A stretch of DNA of 60,811 nucleotides from Actinomycetes bacterium (GCA_021817065.1 JAKAWH010000005.1:1-60811), one strand, 5' to 3'. Positions 48,174 through 58,371 are shown, numbered from the stretch's first letter. Made by a program: numbers and translations. Notes: a model not told the origin generated them from the letters alone.

Positions 48174-48746
48174 TCAGACCTCGAGCAGTTCCTGCTCCTT
48201 ATGGGCGAGCGCCTTGTCCACTTCGGCGACGCGTTCGTGGGTGAGCTTCTCCAGTTCCTTCTCGGCCCTGTCGAGCTCGTCCGAGGAAATCTCCCCGCCC
48301 TTTTCCAAGTCCTTGAGGTCGTCTCGCGCCTGCCGCCTGACATTGCGGACCGCCACCCGGCCTTCTTCCGCCCGGTGGCGCACGATCTTGACCAGCTCAC
48401 GGCGTCGCTCCTCGTTCAGCGGTGGAAAAGCCAGGCGGATAACCGTCCCGTCATTGGAAGGAGTGATACCGATCTCCGACTTCTCCAGTGCCCGTTCGAT
48501 CGCCTTGATGGATCCCTTGTCGTAGGGCGTGATCACGAGCAAGCGGGCATCGGGCACGCTGAAACCAGCCAATTGCTGAAGTGGAACCTCGTATCCCGAG
48601 TAGTCCACCTTCAGCTTGGCCACCAGGACCGGTGACGCGCGCCCGGTGCGGATCTCGGAAAAGCTCTCCTCGGTATGGGAGACCGCCTTGGACATCCGCT
48701 CGCCGGCTTCATCGAGAGCCAGTGCCACCAATTCGGCATCGCTCAT
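48174..48746 (-). CDS. frr: ribosome recycling factor
   Basis: IRTGRASP, PPLNEERRRELVK, VRNVRR. Confidence 0.97.
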   Translation of the reverse strand: MSDAELVALALDEAGERMSKAVSHTEESFSEIRTGRASPVLVAKLKVDYSGYEVPLQQLAGFSVPDARLLVITPYDKGSIKAIERALEKSEIGITPSNDGTVIRLAFPPLNEERRRELVKIVRHRAEEGRVAVRNVRRQARDDLKDLEKGGEISSDELDRAEKELEKLTHERVAEVDKALAHKEQELLEV

Positions 48747-49540
48747 CGGATCAGCGTCCCTATCGAACCGGTCGAAATAGCGCTCAGAATGTTGCCCTCC
48801 ACCATCAGATCGAAAACGAGGATGGGAAGGTTGTTGTCCTTGCAGAAGGTGATGGCAGTCATGTCCATCGCCCGCAGGTCCTTCATCACGACCTCGGAGA
48901 AACTCAGCTCGTCGAAGCGGGTCGCGTCCGGATCGAGACGGGGATCAGCCGAATAGACGCCGTCAACGCCCGAATGGGTTCCCTTGAGGAGGACCTCCGC
49001 CTCGATCTCGGCTGCCCGGAGTGCGGCTGAGGTGTCGGTCGTGAAGTACGGGTTGCCCATGCCTGCAGCGAAGATGACCACCCTGCCCTTCTCCAAGTGG
49101 CGGATGGCGCGGCGGCGGATGTAGGGCTCCGCGATCTCGGCCATGGCGATCGCGGTGAGCACCCTGGTGGGCTGCCCGTGCCGCTCGATAGCATCCTGGA
49201 GAGCAAGAGAGTTGATTACCGTCGCCAGCATCCCCATGTAGTCCGAGGTGGCCCTGTCCATGCCAGCACCCACCCCGATGGTTCCGCGCCAGATGTTCCC
49301 TCCCCCGACTACGATGGCGAGCTCCGACCCGAAGCGTTCGCGGGCGACCGTCACTTCTTGGGCGATCCGCTCGACGGTGTCTCCCGAAATGGCTTCCGAG
49401 GACGTGGTAACGCCCAGGGCTTCGCCCGACATCTTGAGCACTACCCGCCGCCACCGTGGTTTAACCGGGCCGAGTGCGTCGAGCAACTCCTCGCCGGCCA
49501 CGGCCGGCGATCCGGACGCTGCTGCCACCGGTTGAGCCAT
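48743..49540 (-). CDS. pyrH: UMP kinase
   Basis: LKMSGEAL, VGGGNIWRG, DYMGMLAT, PYFTTD, DGVYSADP. Confidence 0.97.
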   Translation of the reverse strand: MAQPVAAASGSPAVAGEELLDALGPVKPRWRRVVLKMSGEALGVTTSSEAISGDTVERIAQEVTVARERFGSELAIVVGGGNIWRGTIGVGAGMDRATSDYMGMLATVINSLALQDAIERHGQPTRVLTAIAMAEIAEPYIRRRAIRHLEKGRVVIFAAGMGNPYFTTDTSAALRAAEIEAEVLLKGTHSGVDGVYSADPRLDPDATRFDELSFSEVVMKDLRAMDMTAITFCKDNNLPILVFDLMVEGNILSAISTGSIGTLIR

Positions 49541-49547
49541 CGAACGG

Positions 49548-50345
49548 TCAGGTTCCGACGATGACCTGGGCAAACCGCACGATCCGCGCTGAGCCCACCA
49601 AAGAGCCGATGTTCTGCTTCTCGTCCTTGACATACGGTTGCTCCAGCAGGCAGTGCTCCTTGTACCAGCCGGACAGCCTCCCCTCGACGATCTTCGGAAG
49701 AGCTGCTTCAGGTTTGCCCTCGTTGCGACTCAAGTTCTCCAGGGTGGCCCGCTCCTCGGCGATCACCTCGGCGGGGACCTCCTCCCGGCACAGGTAGTCG
49801 GGCCGGGCGAAGGCGACATGCACAGCGATGTCGTGAGCGAGTTCGTCGGTGCCTCCCTCCATCTCCACAAGGACCCCGTTGACCCCCCTCTCGTTCTGGA
49901 CGTGGAGGTAGTCACCGATGACATGTCCCGGCTCGGCACCGAATCTGCTCACCCTGCCCAACTGGATGTTCTCCTTGAGGGTCACGGCAAGGTCATCGAT
50001 CTGATCTTTGAAGCTCTCGAGCGCCGTCTCACCCCCCGAGGCAACCGCTTCAGCCAGGTCTCCCACCAGGTTCACGAAACCTTCCGACTTGGCTACGAAG
50101 TCTGTTTCGCACTTCAGCTCGACGACTGCAGCTGAACCGTCCACCTTGCACAGAGCGACCGCACCCTGGCTCGCCTCCCGATCTATGCGCTTGGCCACGC
50201 CGGCAAGGCCGCGTTCCCTAAGCCACTTAGCAGCATCGTCCCTGTCGCCCTTGGTGGCCTCCAGAGCCTTCTTGGCGTCCATCATCCCCGCTCCGGTCGC
50301 TTGGCGCAGAGCTTGGACGTCCTTTGCAGTGAAATCCATCGTCAC
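49548..50345 (-). CDS. tsf: elongation factor Ts
   Basis: [33 protein letters not shown]. Confidence 0.97.
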   Translation of the reverse strand: MTMDFTAKDVQALRQATGAGMMDAKKALEATKGDRDDAAKWLRERGLAGVAKRIDREASQGAVALCKVDGSAAVVELKCETDFVAKSEGFVNLVGDLAEAVASGGETALESFKDQIDDLAVTLKENIQLGRVSRFGAEPGHVIGDYLHVQNERGVNGVLVEMEGGTDELAHDIAVHVAFARPDYLCREEVPAEVIAEERATLENLSRNEGKPEAALPKIVEGRLSGWYKEHCLLEQPYVKDEKQNIGSLVGSARIVRFAQVIVGT

Positions 50346-51361
50346 TCCATCTCCTGAGAATCGGGCAGGCTCCTGACCCCGCCGCCCGGGCCGTCCGCCT
50401 CCACCGTCATGCCGTTGCTAGCAGGAACGTCAAGTGAGCCGCCGGGCGGTGAAAAAGTTCCGGGCGCGGCACCTCCGTCCACGGGCGGCTCCTCGAGGCT
50501 GCTGGGCGAATCGTCCACAGGAGCCGGGCTGCTCGCCGGAGGAGCCTCTCCGATACTCGCCTCACTCGCCTTACTCGCCTTACTCGCCTTACTCGCCTCA
50601 CTCGCCTTACTCGCCTCACTCGCCTTCGAGCCAGCGGCTGCGGCCTCGGCCTCGGCCAACCCCGCGGAAATAGAGGTCGCCATGAACTGGCCTTCGATCA
50701 CCGCGTCGGCGATCACCCGGCAGATGAGGGCCCCTGCTCGAATCGCGTCGTCGTTGCCGGGGATCTTGAAGTCGATGACGTCCGGGTCGCAGTTGGTGTC
50801 CACGATCGCCACCACCGGCAAGCCCAGCTTGTTCGCCTCGGTGACCGCGATGTGCTCCTTCTTGGTGTCGATGACGAAGATGGCATCGGGTAGGCGGGTC
50901 ATGCCCTTGAGTCCACCCAGATTACGATCCAGCTTGTCCAGCTCCCGCCGGTGCATCAGAGCTTCCTTCTTCGGCATCACGTCGAACTGCCCGCCGTCCC
51001 GCATCCTCTCCAGCTCGACCAGCTTGCCGACCCGGGAGGAAATGGTTGTGAAGTTGGTCAGCATTCCGCCAAGCCACCGCTGATTCACGTACGGCATACC
51101 TGTCTTCTCCGCATAGCTGCGGATGGCGTCCTGGGCTTGCTTCTTGGTTCCCACGAAGAGGATCGTGCCTCCGCGGGAGACGGTGTCCCGGACGAACCGG
51201 TATGCATCGTCCAGCAACGACAGGGTCTTCTGCAGGTCGATGATGTAGATGCCATTTCGTTCCCCGAAGATGTACCGGCGCATCTTTGGGTTCCACCGGC
51301 GGGTCTGGTGCCCGAAATGGACCCCCGACTCCAAGAGCTGCTTCATCGTCACGACGGCCAT
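50342..51361 (-). CDS. rpsB: 30S ribosomal protein S2 with a low-complexity C-terminal tail
   Basis: [40 protein letters not shown]. Confidence 0.98.
   Translation of the reverse strand: MAVVTMKQLLESGVHFGHQTRRWNPKMRRYIFGERNGIYIIDLQKTLSLLDDAYRFVRDTVSRGGTILFVGTKKQAQDAIRSYAEKTGMPYVNQRWLGGMLTNFTTISSRVGKLVELERMRDGGQFDVMPKKEALMHRRELDKLDRNLGGLKGMTRLPDAIFVIDTKKEHIAVTEANKLGLPVVAIVDTNCDPDVIDFKIPGNDDAIRAGALICRVIADAVIEGQFMATSISAGLAEAEAAAAGSKASEASKASEASKASKASKASEASIGEAPPASSPAPVDDSPSSLEEPPVDGGAAPGTFSPPGGSLDVPASNGMTVEADGPGGGVRSLPDSQEME
50555..50626. repeat. 8 x 9-bp tandem repeat ACTCGCCT(C/T) in rpsB, encoding (K/E)AS x8
   Basis: Eight consecutive units counted directly. Confidence 0.95.
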
Positions 51362-51571
51362 GGCCTTGCCTGCTTCCTTCCCATCGGTTGTCAGAGCCCG
51401 CGCCGCCGCGCCCCGAGACGGATGTGCCTGCGTGGGCGACCGTGGGAGACGACGTGAGCTGGTCGTTCACTGCCAGGGACCAATCTGACCACATACGGTC
51501 AGCGGCCCGGGCACCCTCACTCTATCCTGTCCGCGAAGAGACCGCCTCCCCGGGCTTGGTGGGCCCGCCGA

Positions 51572-52405
51572 TCAATCCGCCCGGACCCGGGCCATGCGGG
51601 AACGGAGCTGGAGGACCGCCTTGGTGTGGATCTGGCACACCCGGCTCTCGGTCACACCCAGAATCTGGCCGATCTCCGCCAGCGTCAGGCCCTCGTAGTA
51701 GTAGAGGGTCAGTACCTTCTTCTCCCTATCGGAAAGGCGGCTCACCGCTTCGGCGAGAATTTGCCGCATCTCTTCCACCTCGTAGGCGGCCATGGGGCCC
51801 GACCCCTTGTCGGGAACTGTGTCGCCGATGGTGGTGACACTTCCCCGGTCGCCACTGCCAGGAAGCACCTCGTCGAGAGCGACCAAGCCGATGAACGAGA
51901 CCTGGCTGAGGATGTCGTGGAGGTCCTTCTCCGAAATGCCCATGTGCTCGGCGATCTCGCCGTCGGTCGGGGATCGCAGCAGTGTCGATTCCAGAGAGGC
52001 AATGGCGTTCTCGACCGCACGAGCCTTGGCACGCACCGAACGGGGCACCCAGTCGATCGCTCGGAGCTCGTCGATGATGGTGCCCTTGATGCGGGTGATC
52101 GCGTAGGTCTCGAATCGGATATTCCGGGACGGATCGAATTTCTCGATGGCATCCATGAGGCCGAACATCCCGTAACTGACCAGGTCGGCCTGCTCGATGT
52201 TGCGGGGAAGGCCGGTGGACACCCGGCCTGCGACATGCTTGACCAACGGGGCGTAGAAGACGATCAGCTTGTCACGGATGCTCCGGTCACCCGTCGACTT
52301 GTACTGTGCCCACAGGTCCTTGACCACGGTGTCCTCGCCGTTGCCAACCTCCACATGGTCATGTCCCGGCCCGTCTCGGCCGTACTCGCCCATCGTATTC
52401 ACCAC
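51572..52405 (-). CDS. whiG: FliA/WhiG family RNA polymerase sigma factor (sigma28)
   Basis: DLVSYGMFGLMDAIEKFD, IDELRAIDWVPRSVR, LYYYEGLTLAEIGQILGVTESRVCQIH. Confidence 0.92.
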   Translation of the reverse strand: MVNTMGEYGRDGPGHDHVEVGNGEDTVVKDLWAQYKSTGDRSIRDKLIVFYAPLVKHVAGRVSTGLPRNIEQADLVSYGMFGLMDAIEKFDPSRNIRFETYAITRIKGTIIDELRAIDWVPRSVRAKARAVENAIASLESTLLRSPTDGEIAEHMGISEKDLHDILSQVSFIGLVALDEVLPGSGDRGSVTTIGDTVPDKGSGPMAAYEVEEMRQILAEAVSRLSDREKKVLTLYYYEGLTLAEIGQILGVTESRVCQIHTKAVLQLRSRMARVRAD

Positions 52406-52557
52406 CTGTCACCGTACTCGCGACTCGGCGTGCTGGAGAGCATGGCGAGGCTGGGCAGCCACCCGGCGAAGGCACGTACCTACTCGGCACCCTCAAAACG
52501 CCGTCAAGGCTCGCCGTTCGCCGGAAGAGGTAAATCCCCAGCTCCCGGCTCCCCTCC

Positions 52558-53436
52558 TCACCTGGCGCGAGGGTGGGTGTCGGAATACACCGCGCGGAGC
52601 CGTTCCTTGGAGACGTGGGTGTACACCTGGGTGGTACGGAGGTTGGCGTGGCCCAAGAGCTCCTGGACCGCCCGAAGGTCCGCCCCCCCATCGAGAAGGT
52701 GGGTGGCGAAGGTGTGGCGCAGCGCATGGGGATGGGTCGGATGGAGCGACCGCCGATCGAGGATCCTGCGAACGTCGCGGGGGGTGAGACGATTCCCCCG
52801 CCCATTGAAGAAGAGCCACTCCCCTTCACCGCGAACCTGCGGGCGTCCCTCCTTCGCCCATCGGCGAACCGATTCCAGGCAGAGCCGGTTTACCGGGACG
52901 GTGCGCTGCTTGGAGCCCTTTCCCCAGACGGTCACCGTACAGGCTCGCACGTCCACATCCGCCACGGTGAGGCCACAGAGCTCGGCCACTCGAAGTCCTC
53001 CCCCGTAGAGAAGCTCGACAACTGCCTGGTCGCGCAGGTCCCTGGCGGCATCCACCCCGGAAGCCGCTCGAGCCGGTGGATCGTCAAGGAGCACCCGCAC
53101 CTCCTCGTCCGACAGGACGCGAGGTAGCCGCCCTTCTCCGGCCGGCGCACACAGCCCCTGGGAGGGATCGACGCCAATGTGGCCACGATGGGACAGCCAA
53201 CCGAAATAGCGCCGAAGCGCCGCCGCCTTTCGGGAGATGGTGCGCCGCGACATTCCCCGGGTGCCTAGATATGCCAGGTACCGTCGCAGGTCCATCCTGC
53301 CGACCTCCCCCGGTCCCGCCTTCCCCAGGCGCTCCGCCCAGGCGGCGAACGCGCGGACATCGTCCCGGTAGGCGGTAACCGTCGCAGGAGCCCGCGAGGT
53401 CAAGGACGCGCAGAAAGGCTCGATCGACCAAGCCAC
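52558..53436 (-). CDS. xerC: XerC-like tyrosine recombinase
   Basis: GLRVAEL, GKGSKQR, HALRHTFATHLL, LGHA, TQVYTHV; housekeeping position near whiG/rpsB. Confidence 0.85.
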   Translation of the reverse strand: MAWSIEPFCASLTSRAPATVTAYRDDVRAFAAWAERLGKAGPGEVGRMDLRRYLAYLGTRGMSRRTISRKAAALRRYFGWLSHRGHIGVDPSQGLCAPAGEGRLPRVLSDEEVRVLLDDPPARAASGVDAARDLRDQAVVELLYGGGLRVAELCGLTVADVDVRACTVTVWGKGSKQRTVPVNRLCLESVRRWAKEGRPQVRGEGEWLFFNGRGNRLTPRDVRRILDRRSLHPTHPHALRHTFATHLLDGGADLRAVQELLGHANLRTTQVYTHVSKERLRAVYSDTHPRAR

Positions 53437-53452
53437 TGTTTGCAGCGTACTT

Positions 53453-54928
53453 TCACCGGCGCGCCCGGCGGGTGACTGCCCGCCATCGGCTCAAGTAGGC
53501 CACCGTGGCCACGGATGCTGCCACCGCCATTGCTGCATCGCCCCACCGGACCGGAAAAGTGAAGGCCACCGGGATTACCGCCCCCATCACCCATACGAGC
53601 TGGAAACGGGTCTCGAAGCGGGCGAAGGCGGTCCCTCGCCTGCGAGTTGGGGTATCGCGCTGGACCAGGGCGTCGAAGGACACTTTTGCGACCCCGGTGG
53701 AGAATCCAGTGACACACATGAGAAGCGCCTGCAACAGCATCCCCCCGCTCCAGCCCGCCAGAGCGCTCATCACGCACACCACAGCCAAGGCGGCGGCCAC
53801 CGTCTTCTCCTCCGGCAGCCGGGTTCGTACTCGAGGAGCGAGCGCGTTGGCCAGCACCGAGCCAGCGGTCAAGCCGGTAAGCACTATCCCGAACCAGATC
53901 AGGGCATAGTGCTGCCGGCGCAATGTGAAGATCAGGAGGAACTCTAGGAAGCCCACTTCGGCCCGTAGAACCGCCATCGCCGAGGCAGCCGCGAAAAGCC
54001 CGGCCATTTTCTGCTTGACGATCTTGTTCCTCAACCCTCGGTGGCTAACACTCACCTCCGCGCCGAGCTCTTCGGTCCCGATTTCTCCGCCAGCCCCTTG
54101 GGGGGGGCCGATCGGGGGGGGCGGCGCCACCGGGACTGTCCCGAAAGGGTCTGTCGCGACCTCGCCGCTTGTCCGCCCCGCGCCCGCCCGCTCGGAGCTT
54201 CCCCGTATCACCGGCGTCCAATCCTCCCCGCCCCCGCTCGCTAGCCCCGGCCGGCCCAGCCCCGCACGCTCCGGCCGCGCCCCCGCACGAGGAAGCCGGA
54301 GCGCGTAGAGGGCAGCCACCGCGAACACGACCGCGTCCGTCCGGAGCACCCAGGGGGACCCGAGACCGGGCGTCTTCCACACCGCCACCGCAATAGCTGA
54401 TCCGACGAAACCCGCGACCGCCCCGTGAAAATTGAGGGTCGCGTTGGCATGCACGAAACGCTCCTCGCCTCCAACCCCTTCGCCCACCACCTCCGGCACG
54501 AGGGACTGGCGCGACACCCCGTACACCTTGGACAGGACCAGGAGCCCGAAGGATTCTGGGAAGAGGAGCAGGCTTTTCAAGTCGCCCGCCATCAGGATGC
54601 ACAGCGCCACTCGCCCCAGAGCGGACACCAGGACCAGCCCTTTGCGCATACCAGCGATCGAATCGAGAAGGGGGCCGATCGCCGGCGCGATCACAACGAA
54701 GGGCACGAAGGTCAGGGTCAAGCCGAGCAGGACGTGGGGTGCCGCCGCATGGGGCGAGATATCGAAGAAGAGCGATCCCGCCAGGGCGATGGCCACCATC
54801 GCGTCGCCGGCGAGCATGAGGACCTGAGTCGAGAGCAGCCGTTCGAAAGGAGAGCCCGGACGGCGGAGGCGTCCCAGCGCGCCACCGATAGCTGCCGTTG
54901 CCGAAGACCAGGATCCTTCGAGCTTCAC
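53453..54928 (-). CDS. MFS transporter
   Basis: About 12 hydrophobic segments in two bundles separated by a long Gly/Pro loop; APAIGPLLD, FDALVQRD. Confidence 0.82.
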   Translation of the reverse strand: MKLEGSWSSATAAIGGALGRLRRPGSPFERLLSTQVLMLAGDAMVAIALAGSLFFDISPHAAAPHVLLGLTLTFVPFVVIAPAIGPLLDSIAGMRKGLVLVSALGRVALCILMAGDLKSLLLFPESFGLLVLSKVYGVSRQSLVPEVVGEGVGGEERFVHANATLNFHGAVAGFVGSAIAVAVWKTPGLGSPWVLRTDAVVFAVAALYALRLPRAGARPERAGLGRPGLASGGGEDWTPVIRGSSERAGAGRTSGEVATDPFGTVPVAPPPPIGPPQGAGGEIGTEELGAEVSVSHRGLRNKIVKQKMAGLFAAASAMAVLRAEVGFLEFLLIFTLRRQHYALIWFGIVLTGLTAGSVLANALAPRVRTRLPEEKTVAAALAVVCVMSALAGWSGGMLLQALLMCVTGFSTGVAKVSFDALVQRDTPTRRRGTAFARFETRFQLVWVMGAVIPVAFTFPVRWGDAAMAVAASVATVAYLSRWRAVTRRARR

Positions 54929-55050
54929 CGAGATCGCCAGAGCGCCTGATCCGCATCGGACAACACCGCGCCATCGTACGGGTTAGCGTCGCTGTCAATG
55001 GGACCGTCGCTCCATCGGGAGTTCCATCGGGAAAAGGAGCCCGTGCGCCA

Positions 55051-56208
55051 ATGAGCCCGCTCGGAAACGCGCTGGTCGCTCCCGGCGGGTGGGGCGAGTG
55101 GGTGGAAAGTCGCCTTTCCTCGATAGCCGGGGCTGGAAGATGGCGAACCGTGCGCGATTTCGACGCGCTCGGCCACACCGGACTGATCGACGGAACACAG
55201 GTGGTCTCCTTCGCTTCCAACGACTACCTCGGGCTAAGCCACCACCCGGAGGTTGTCGACGCGGCACGGGCGGCCCTCGGGCGCTGGGGTGCCGGGGCGG
55301 GCTCTTCGCGCTTGGTGGTCGGATCACGACCGGTACACACCATGCTGGAAGAGGCACTCGCCCGGTGGAAGGGTACAGAGCGCTGCGTGGTCTTCCCGTC
55401 TGGCTTCGCCGCCAACCTCGGTGTGCTCACCGCCCTCGCCAATCGGGAAACAGGAATATTCTCCGACGAGCTGAACCACGCTTCCATCATCGACGGTTGC
55501 CGCCTGGCCCGGGCGCCGACAACCATCTATCCGCACCGTGACACCGAGCAGCTCGCCAAACTGCTCGCCCACGCGTCCGGGGGACGGTCCCTGATCGTCT
55601 CCGATGCGGTCTTTTCGATGGATGGGGATGCCGCCGACCTGCCCGGACTTGTTCGACTCGCAGAGCGATTCGGTGCGCTGCTCGTCGTCGACGAAGCCCA
55701 CGACGTGCTCGGCAACGGCAGCATCATGGCAGAAGCTGTATCCGCGGGGCTCGTCGTTCGGGTAGGCACCCTCTCGAAGACCCTGGGCTCTCTAGGCGGG
55801 TTCGTAGCCTGCTCGGCGCCGATTGCCGACCTGATCGTCAACACCGCCCGCTCGTACATCTTCACCACCGCCCTGTCCCCGCCGGACGCCGCCGCCGCTC
55901 TCGCCGCCCTGGGTGTACTCGGCTCATCTGCTGGCGACGAGCTGCTCTCGCGGCTTGCCGACCACGTCGCAACCCTGGCACCGGGCCACCCTTCCCCTAT
56001 CGTCCCTCTGGTGGTGGGGAACGAGGACGACGCCCTCCGGGCCGCGGCAAATCTGCTCGACCGAGGTTTCCTGGTCCCGGCGATCCGCCCTCCCACGGTT
56101 CCCGACGGCACTTCCCGCCTGCGGGTATCCCTGTCCGCCGATCACACATCCGGGCAGGTCCAGGGTCTATTGACAGCGCTCCGGAACGCCGGCCTTCTGC
56201 TCCGGTGA
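55051..56208 (+). CDS. bioF: 8-amino-7-oxononanoate synthase
   Basis: FASNDYLGL, SGFAANLG, DELNHASIIDG, VDEAH, TLSKTLG, AIRPPTVP; AAGGAG upstream of ATG 55051. Confidence 0.93.
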   Translation: MSPLGNALVAPGGWGEWVESRLSSIAGAGRWRTVRDFDALGHTGLIDGTQVVSFASNDYLGLSHHPEVVDAARAALGRWGAGAGSSRLVVGSRPVHTMLEEALARWKGTERCVVFPSGFAANLGVLTALANRETGIFSDELNHASIIDGCRLARAPTTIYPHRDTEQLAKLLAHASGGRSLIVSDAVFSMDGDAADLPGLVRLAERFGALLVVDEAHDVLGNGSIMAEAVSAGLVVRVGTLSKTLGSLGGFVACSAPIADLIVNTARSYIFTTALSPPDAAAALAALGVLGSSAGDELLSRLADHVATLAPGHPSPIVPLVVGNEDDALRAAANLLDRGFLVPAIRPPTVPDGTSRLRVSLSADHTSGQVQGLLTALRNAGLLLR

Positions 56209-56269
56209 GCTCGACCCGACACCACTGCGAATCCGGCGACTCCGGTCCAGTGTGCTCCCGGACCGAAGG

Positions 56270-56929
56270 GTGAGCCGGCCCGAAAAGCTGGTGGTGATCA
56301 CCGGTACCGGTACAGGCATCGGGAAGACCTGGGTGGCCACCGAGCTTCTCCAATACCTGCGTGGGCGGGGATTCCGGGTGGCCGCACGCAAGCCGGTCCA
56401 GTCGATCGACCCGGAAGAACGGGTTACCGACGCCGACGCGCTGGCAGGAGCATCGGGCGAGGATCCGAATGCCGTCTGCCTTCCCAACCGCACCTACCGA
56501 GTTCCCCTGGCCCCCCCAATGGCTGCCGAGGCCCTGGGGAGTCCGGTCTTCACGATCGCCGATCTCGCCGCGGAGGTGAGCTGGCCCGATGGCCTCGACA
56601 TCGGCCTGGTAGAAGGTGCCGGGGGTTGCTGCTCTCCCCTGGCAGCCGACGGGGACACCTGCGATCTCATCGCCGCGCTCTCCCCCGACCGGGTTGTCCT
56701 AGTGACACACGCCGGTTTGGGCTCGATCCACGACGTTCGGTCCGCCACCCGCGCACTCGGGGCTCGGTTAGGCGATAGCCCGGGGAATCCCTCGCTTGCG
56801 GTTCACCTCAATCGATTCCTGCCGGGCGATTCCCTCCACCAGGCGAACGAGGAGTGGCTGAAGGAGCGCTACGGATACGCCACCTTCCATGACCCGCCGG
56901 CGCTCGCCGAAATGCTGGCGATCGGCTGA
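56270..56929 (+). CDS. bioD: dethiobiotin synthase
   Basis: ITGTGTGIGKT, RKPVQS, LAPPMAA, VEGAGG, GLGSI. Confidence 0.92.
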   Translation: MSRPEKLVVITGTGTGIGKTWVATELLQYLRGRGFRVAARKPVQSIDPEERVTDADALAGASGEDPNAVCLPNRTYRVPLAPPMAAEALGSPVFTIADLAAEVSWPDGLDIGLVEGAGGCCSPLAADGDTCDLIAALSPDRVVLVTHAGLGSIHDVRSATRALGARLGDSPGNPSLAVHLNRFLPGDSLHQANEEWLKERYGYATFHDPPALAEMLAIG

Positions 56930-56971
56930 CGCTCTTGATCGCACCCATAGGCCGGCAGGAGTACCTCCAGT

Positions 56972-58060
56972 TCAACCAGTCGCTGCGGCCGGCGTGGAGC
57001 CAGCACCATTTCCCACCAGGTTCACTCCGAGAGGTGCCGGCAAGCTGTTGAGAACGTTAGCGAGGGAGATCGCCTGGTTGGAGTTCGACTGGCTGTCGTA
57101 GGCAACCAGGTAATCATTGGCAATATAAGGGATTTCAGCCGAGAGTTTCTGGTAGTTCTGGAACTGGATCCCTGCAAACTCGCAATCATTGAGCCCGTAC
57201 GCACCCAGAGCTGTATTAACCGGGCCCGAGATGGCCTGGAGATTGGCCTCCAAGGTCCCCGGTTGAGGGTTCCCCGGGAACTGCTGCACGTTCCCTTGGG
57301 AAGTCATTCCCTCCAATTCGACCAGGTCCTGGTACAATGCATCCGCCAGGAACGTACTCTGCTGCGCAGTTGCGAGGTCGGGCTCTTTGCCGGTTACCAC
57401 CATGAATCCCGCGGTGTAGTAGTCGGAGAGAATGTTCTCGAGCACCACGTCCGCCTGGTTCTGAGCAACCATCGCTTCGGTCATCGACACCCAAGTCTGC
57501 TGGAGGAGAGGCTGGTCGAGCGGAGGCTCTGAGAGGTTCTCCAACTCGTCGAGGAGGTCGTTCTGCATGCCGACGACGGCGTCGAGCTGGTCCATGTACT
57601 CGTTGAGGAGCTGGTTAACCACGGCAAGGGGGTTCTGCTGCACCTCGGACTTGTCGTAACTTCCCGACGGCGCGGGCGCGGCGGTCGTCGTCGACCCCGC
57701 CCCTCCTCCCAGCGCCGACGAGGAGCCCGAGGCGGTGGGTTCAGTGGTGGTGGTCCCGAAGAGGGGGGTGGTGGCGGCCTGGTTCTGATTCGCAGCCACC
57801 CCTTGGGACACAGCCTTGATCTGCTGGGTAAATTGCTGGGAGCTAGCCGTGAGCTGGCTGGCCATGTTGAGACAGATCTGGTTCGCGTCGTTGACGAAGT
57901 TGTCCTTGGTCACCAGTACGGGGGTGCCGCCCCCGCCCGAACTGGACCCAAGCGACGAGTTCAGATCACTCGATTGGGCGTGGGAGACGATCACCATGCT
58001 GCCCACAACCAGCACCAGAAGAGCCGCGACCGCGGGAATGAACCTCGTCACCCATCTCAT
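56972..58060 (-). CDS. secreted hypothetical protein, Gln/Asn-rich and predicted helical
   Basis: N-terminal signal or TM segment, Ser/Gly/Thr linkers, strong coding-type third-position bias, no recognised family. Confidence 0.8.
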   Translation of the reverse strand: MRWVTRFIPAVAALLVLVVGSMVIVSHAQSSDLNSSLGSSSGGGGTPVLVTKDNFVNDANQICLNMASQLTASSQQFTQQIKAVSQGVAANQNQAATTPLFGTTTTEPTASGSSSALGGGAGSTTTAAPAPSGSYDKSEVQQNPLAVVNQLLNEYMDQLDAVVGMQNDLLDELENLSEPPLDQPLLQQTWVSMTEAMVAQNQADVVLENILSDYYTAGFMVVTGKEPDLATAQQSTFLADALYQDLVELEGMTSQGNVQQFPGNPQPGTLEANLQAISGPVNTALGAYGLNDCEFAGIQFQNYQKLSAEIPYIANDYLVAYDSQSNSNQAISLANVLNSLPAPLGVNLVGNGAGSTPAAATG

Positions 58061-58177
58061 CGCTGTCCCGGGACCTTCGAACCTCTCCCTCGATCAACCA
58101 CTATTCCGGCGAAGTGTACTTGCTCGGCCACGGCACTCGCTGGCTTACTGGTCGAGAATCTTTCGGGCTCGGGCTCT

Positions 58178-58247
58178 CGGGCGGGGAACCCGTTCAGCAC
58201 TGCCCGCTCAGCGTTGCCTCCGGGCGGGGAACCCGTTCAGCACTGCC
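58178..58247. repeat. 27-bp direct repeat x2 (CGGGCGGGGAACCCGTTCAGCACTGCC)
   Basis: Identical copies at 58178-58204 and 58221-58247 with a 16-bp spacer that resembles the repeat's 3' half. Confidence 0.9.
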
Positions 58248-58299
58248 ACCGGGCCCGGGGATCGGCCGGCGACCGGGACCGGTCACCGATAGAGCCTTG

Positions 58300-58371
58300 A
58301 GGCGGCGAGCGGAATCGAACCGCTGTGAAGGGTTTTGCAGACCCTCGCCTGAGCCACTCGGCCACGCCGCC
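58300..58371 (-). tRNA. tRNA-Cys(GCA)
   Basis: GGCGGCG acceptor stem, anticodon arm AGGGT-CTGCAAA-ACCCT, GTTCGATT T-loop, U discriminator; CCA not encoded. Confidence 0.96.

Noticed and set aside
2869-49633. Long N-terminal extensions in the ORF track for dapC, hflX, dapF, rnj, rpsO, truB, rbfA, rseP and pyrH
   Set aside because: These are artefacts of calling the most upstream start; coupled GTGA/ATGA starts or family N-termini give normal lengths.
3157-53008. Many long antisense or alternate-frame ORFs (e.g. 6921-8207, 10005-11321, 46943-48133, 51626-53008)
   Set aside because: Expected shadows of high-GC genes; low complexity and overlapping well-supported CDSs.
52558-53436. Tyrosine recombinase as a prophage or island integrase
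   Set aside because: Its size, motifs and position match housekeeping XerC; no att sites or cargo were seen.
54929-55050. Biotin regulator operator upstream of bioF
   Set aside because: No BirA- or BioQ-like palindrome is recognisable; only a short TCCATCGGGA duplication of unclear meaning.
58178-58247. Possible mini-CRISPR, since GCGGGGAAC resembles a type I-E repeat end
   Set aside because: Only two units, a 16-bp spacer that is itself repeat-like, and no cas genes.
56930-58300. Genomic island integrated at tRNA-Cys
   Set aside because: No duplicate of the tRNA 3' end and no integrase were found nearby.
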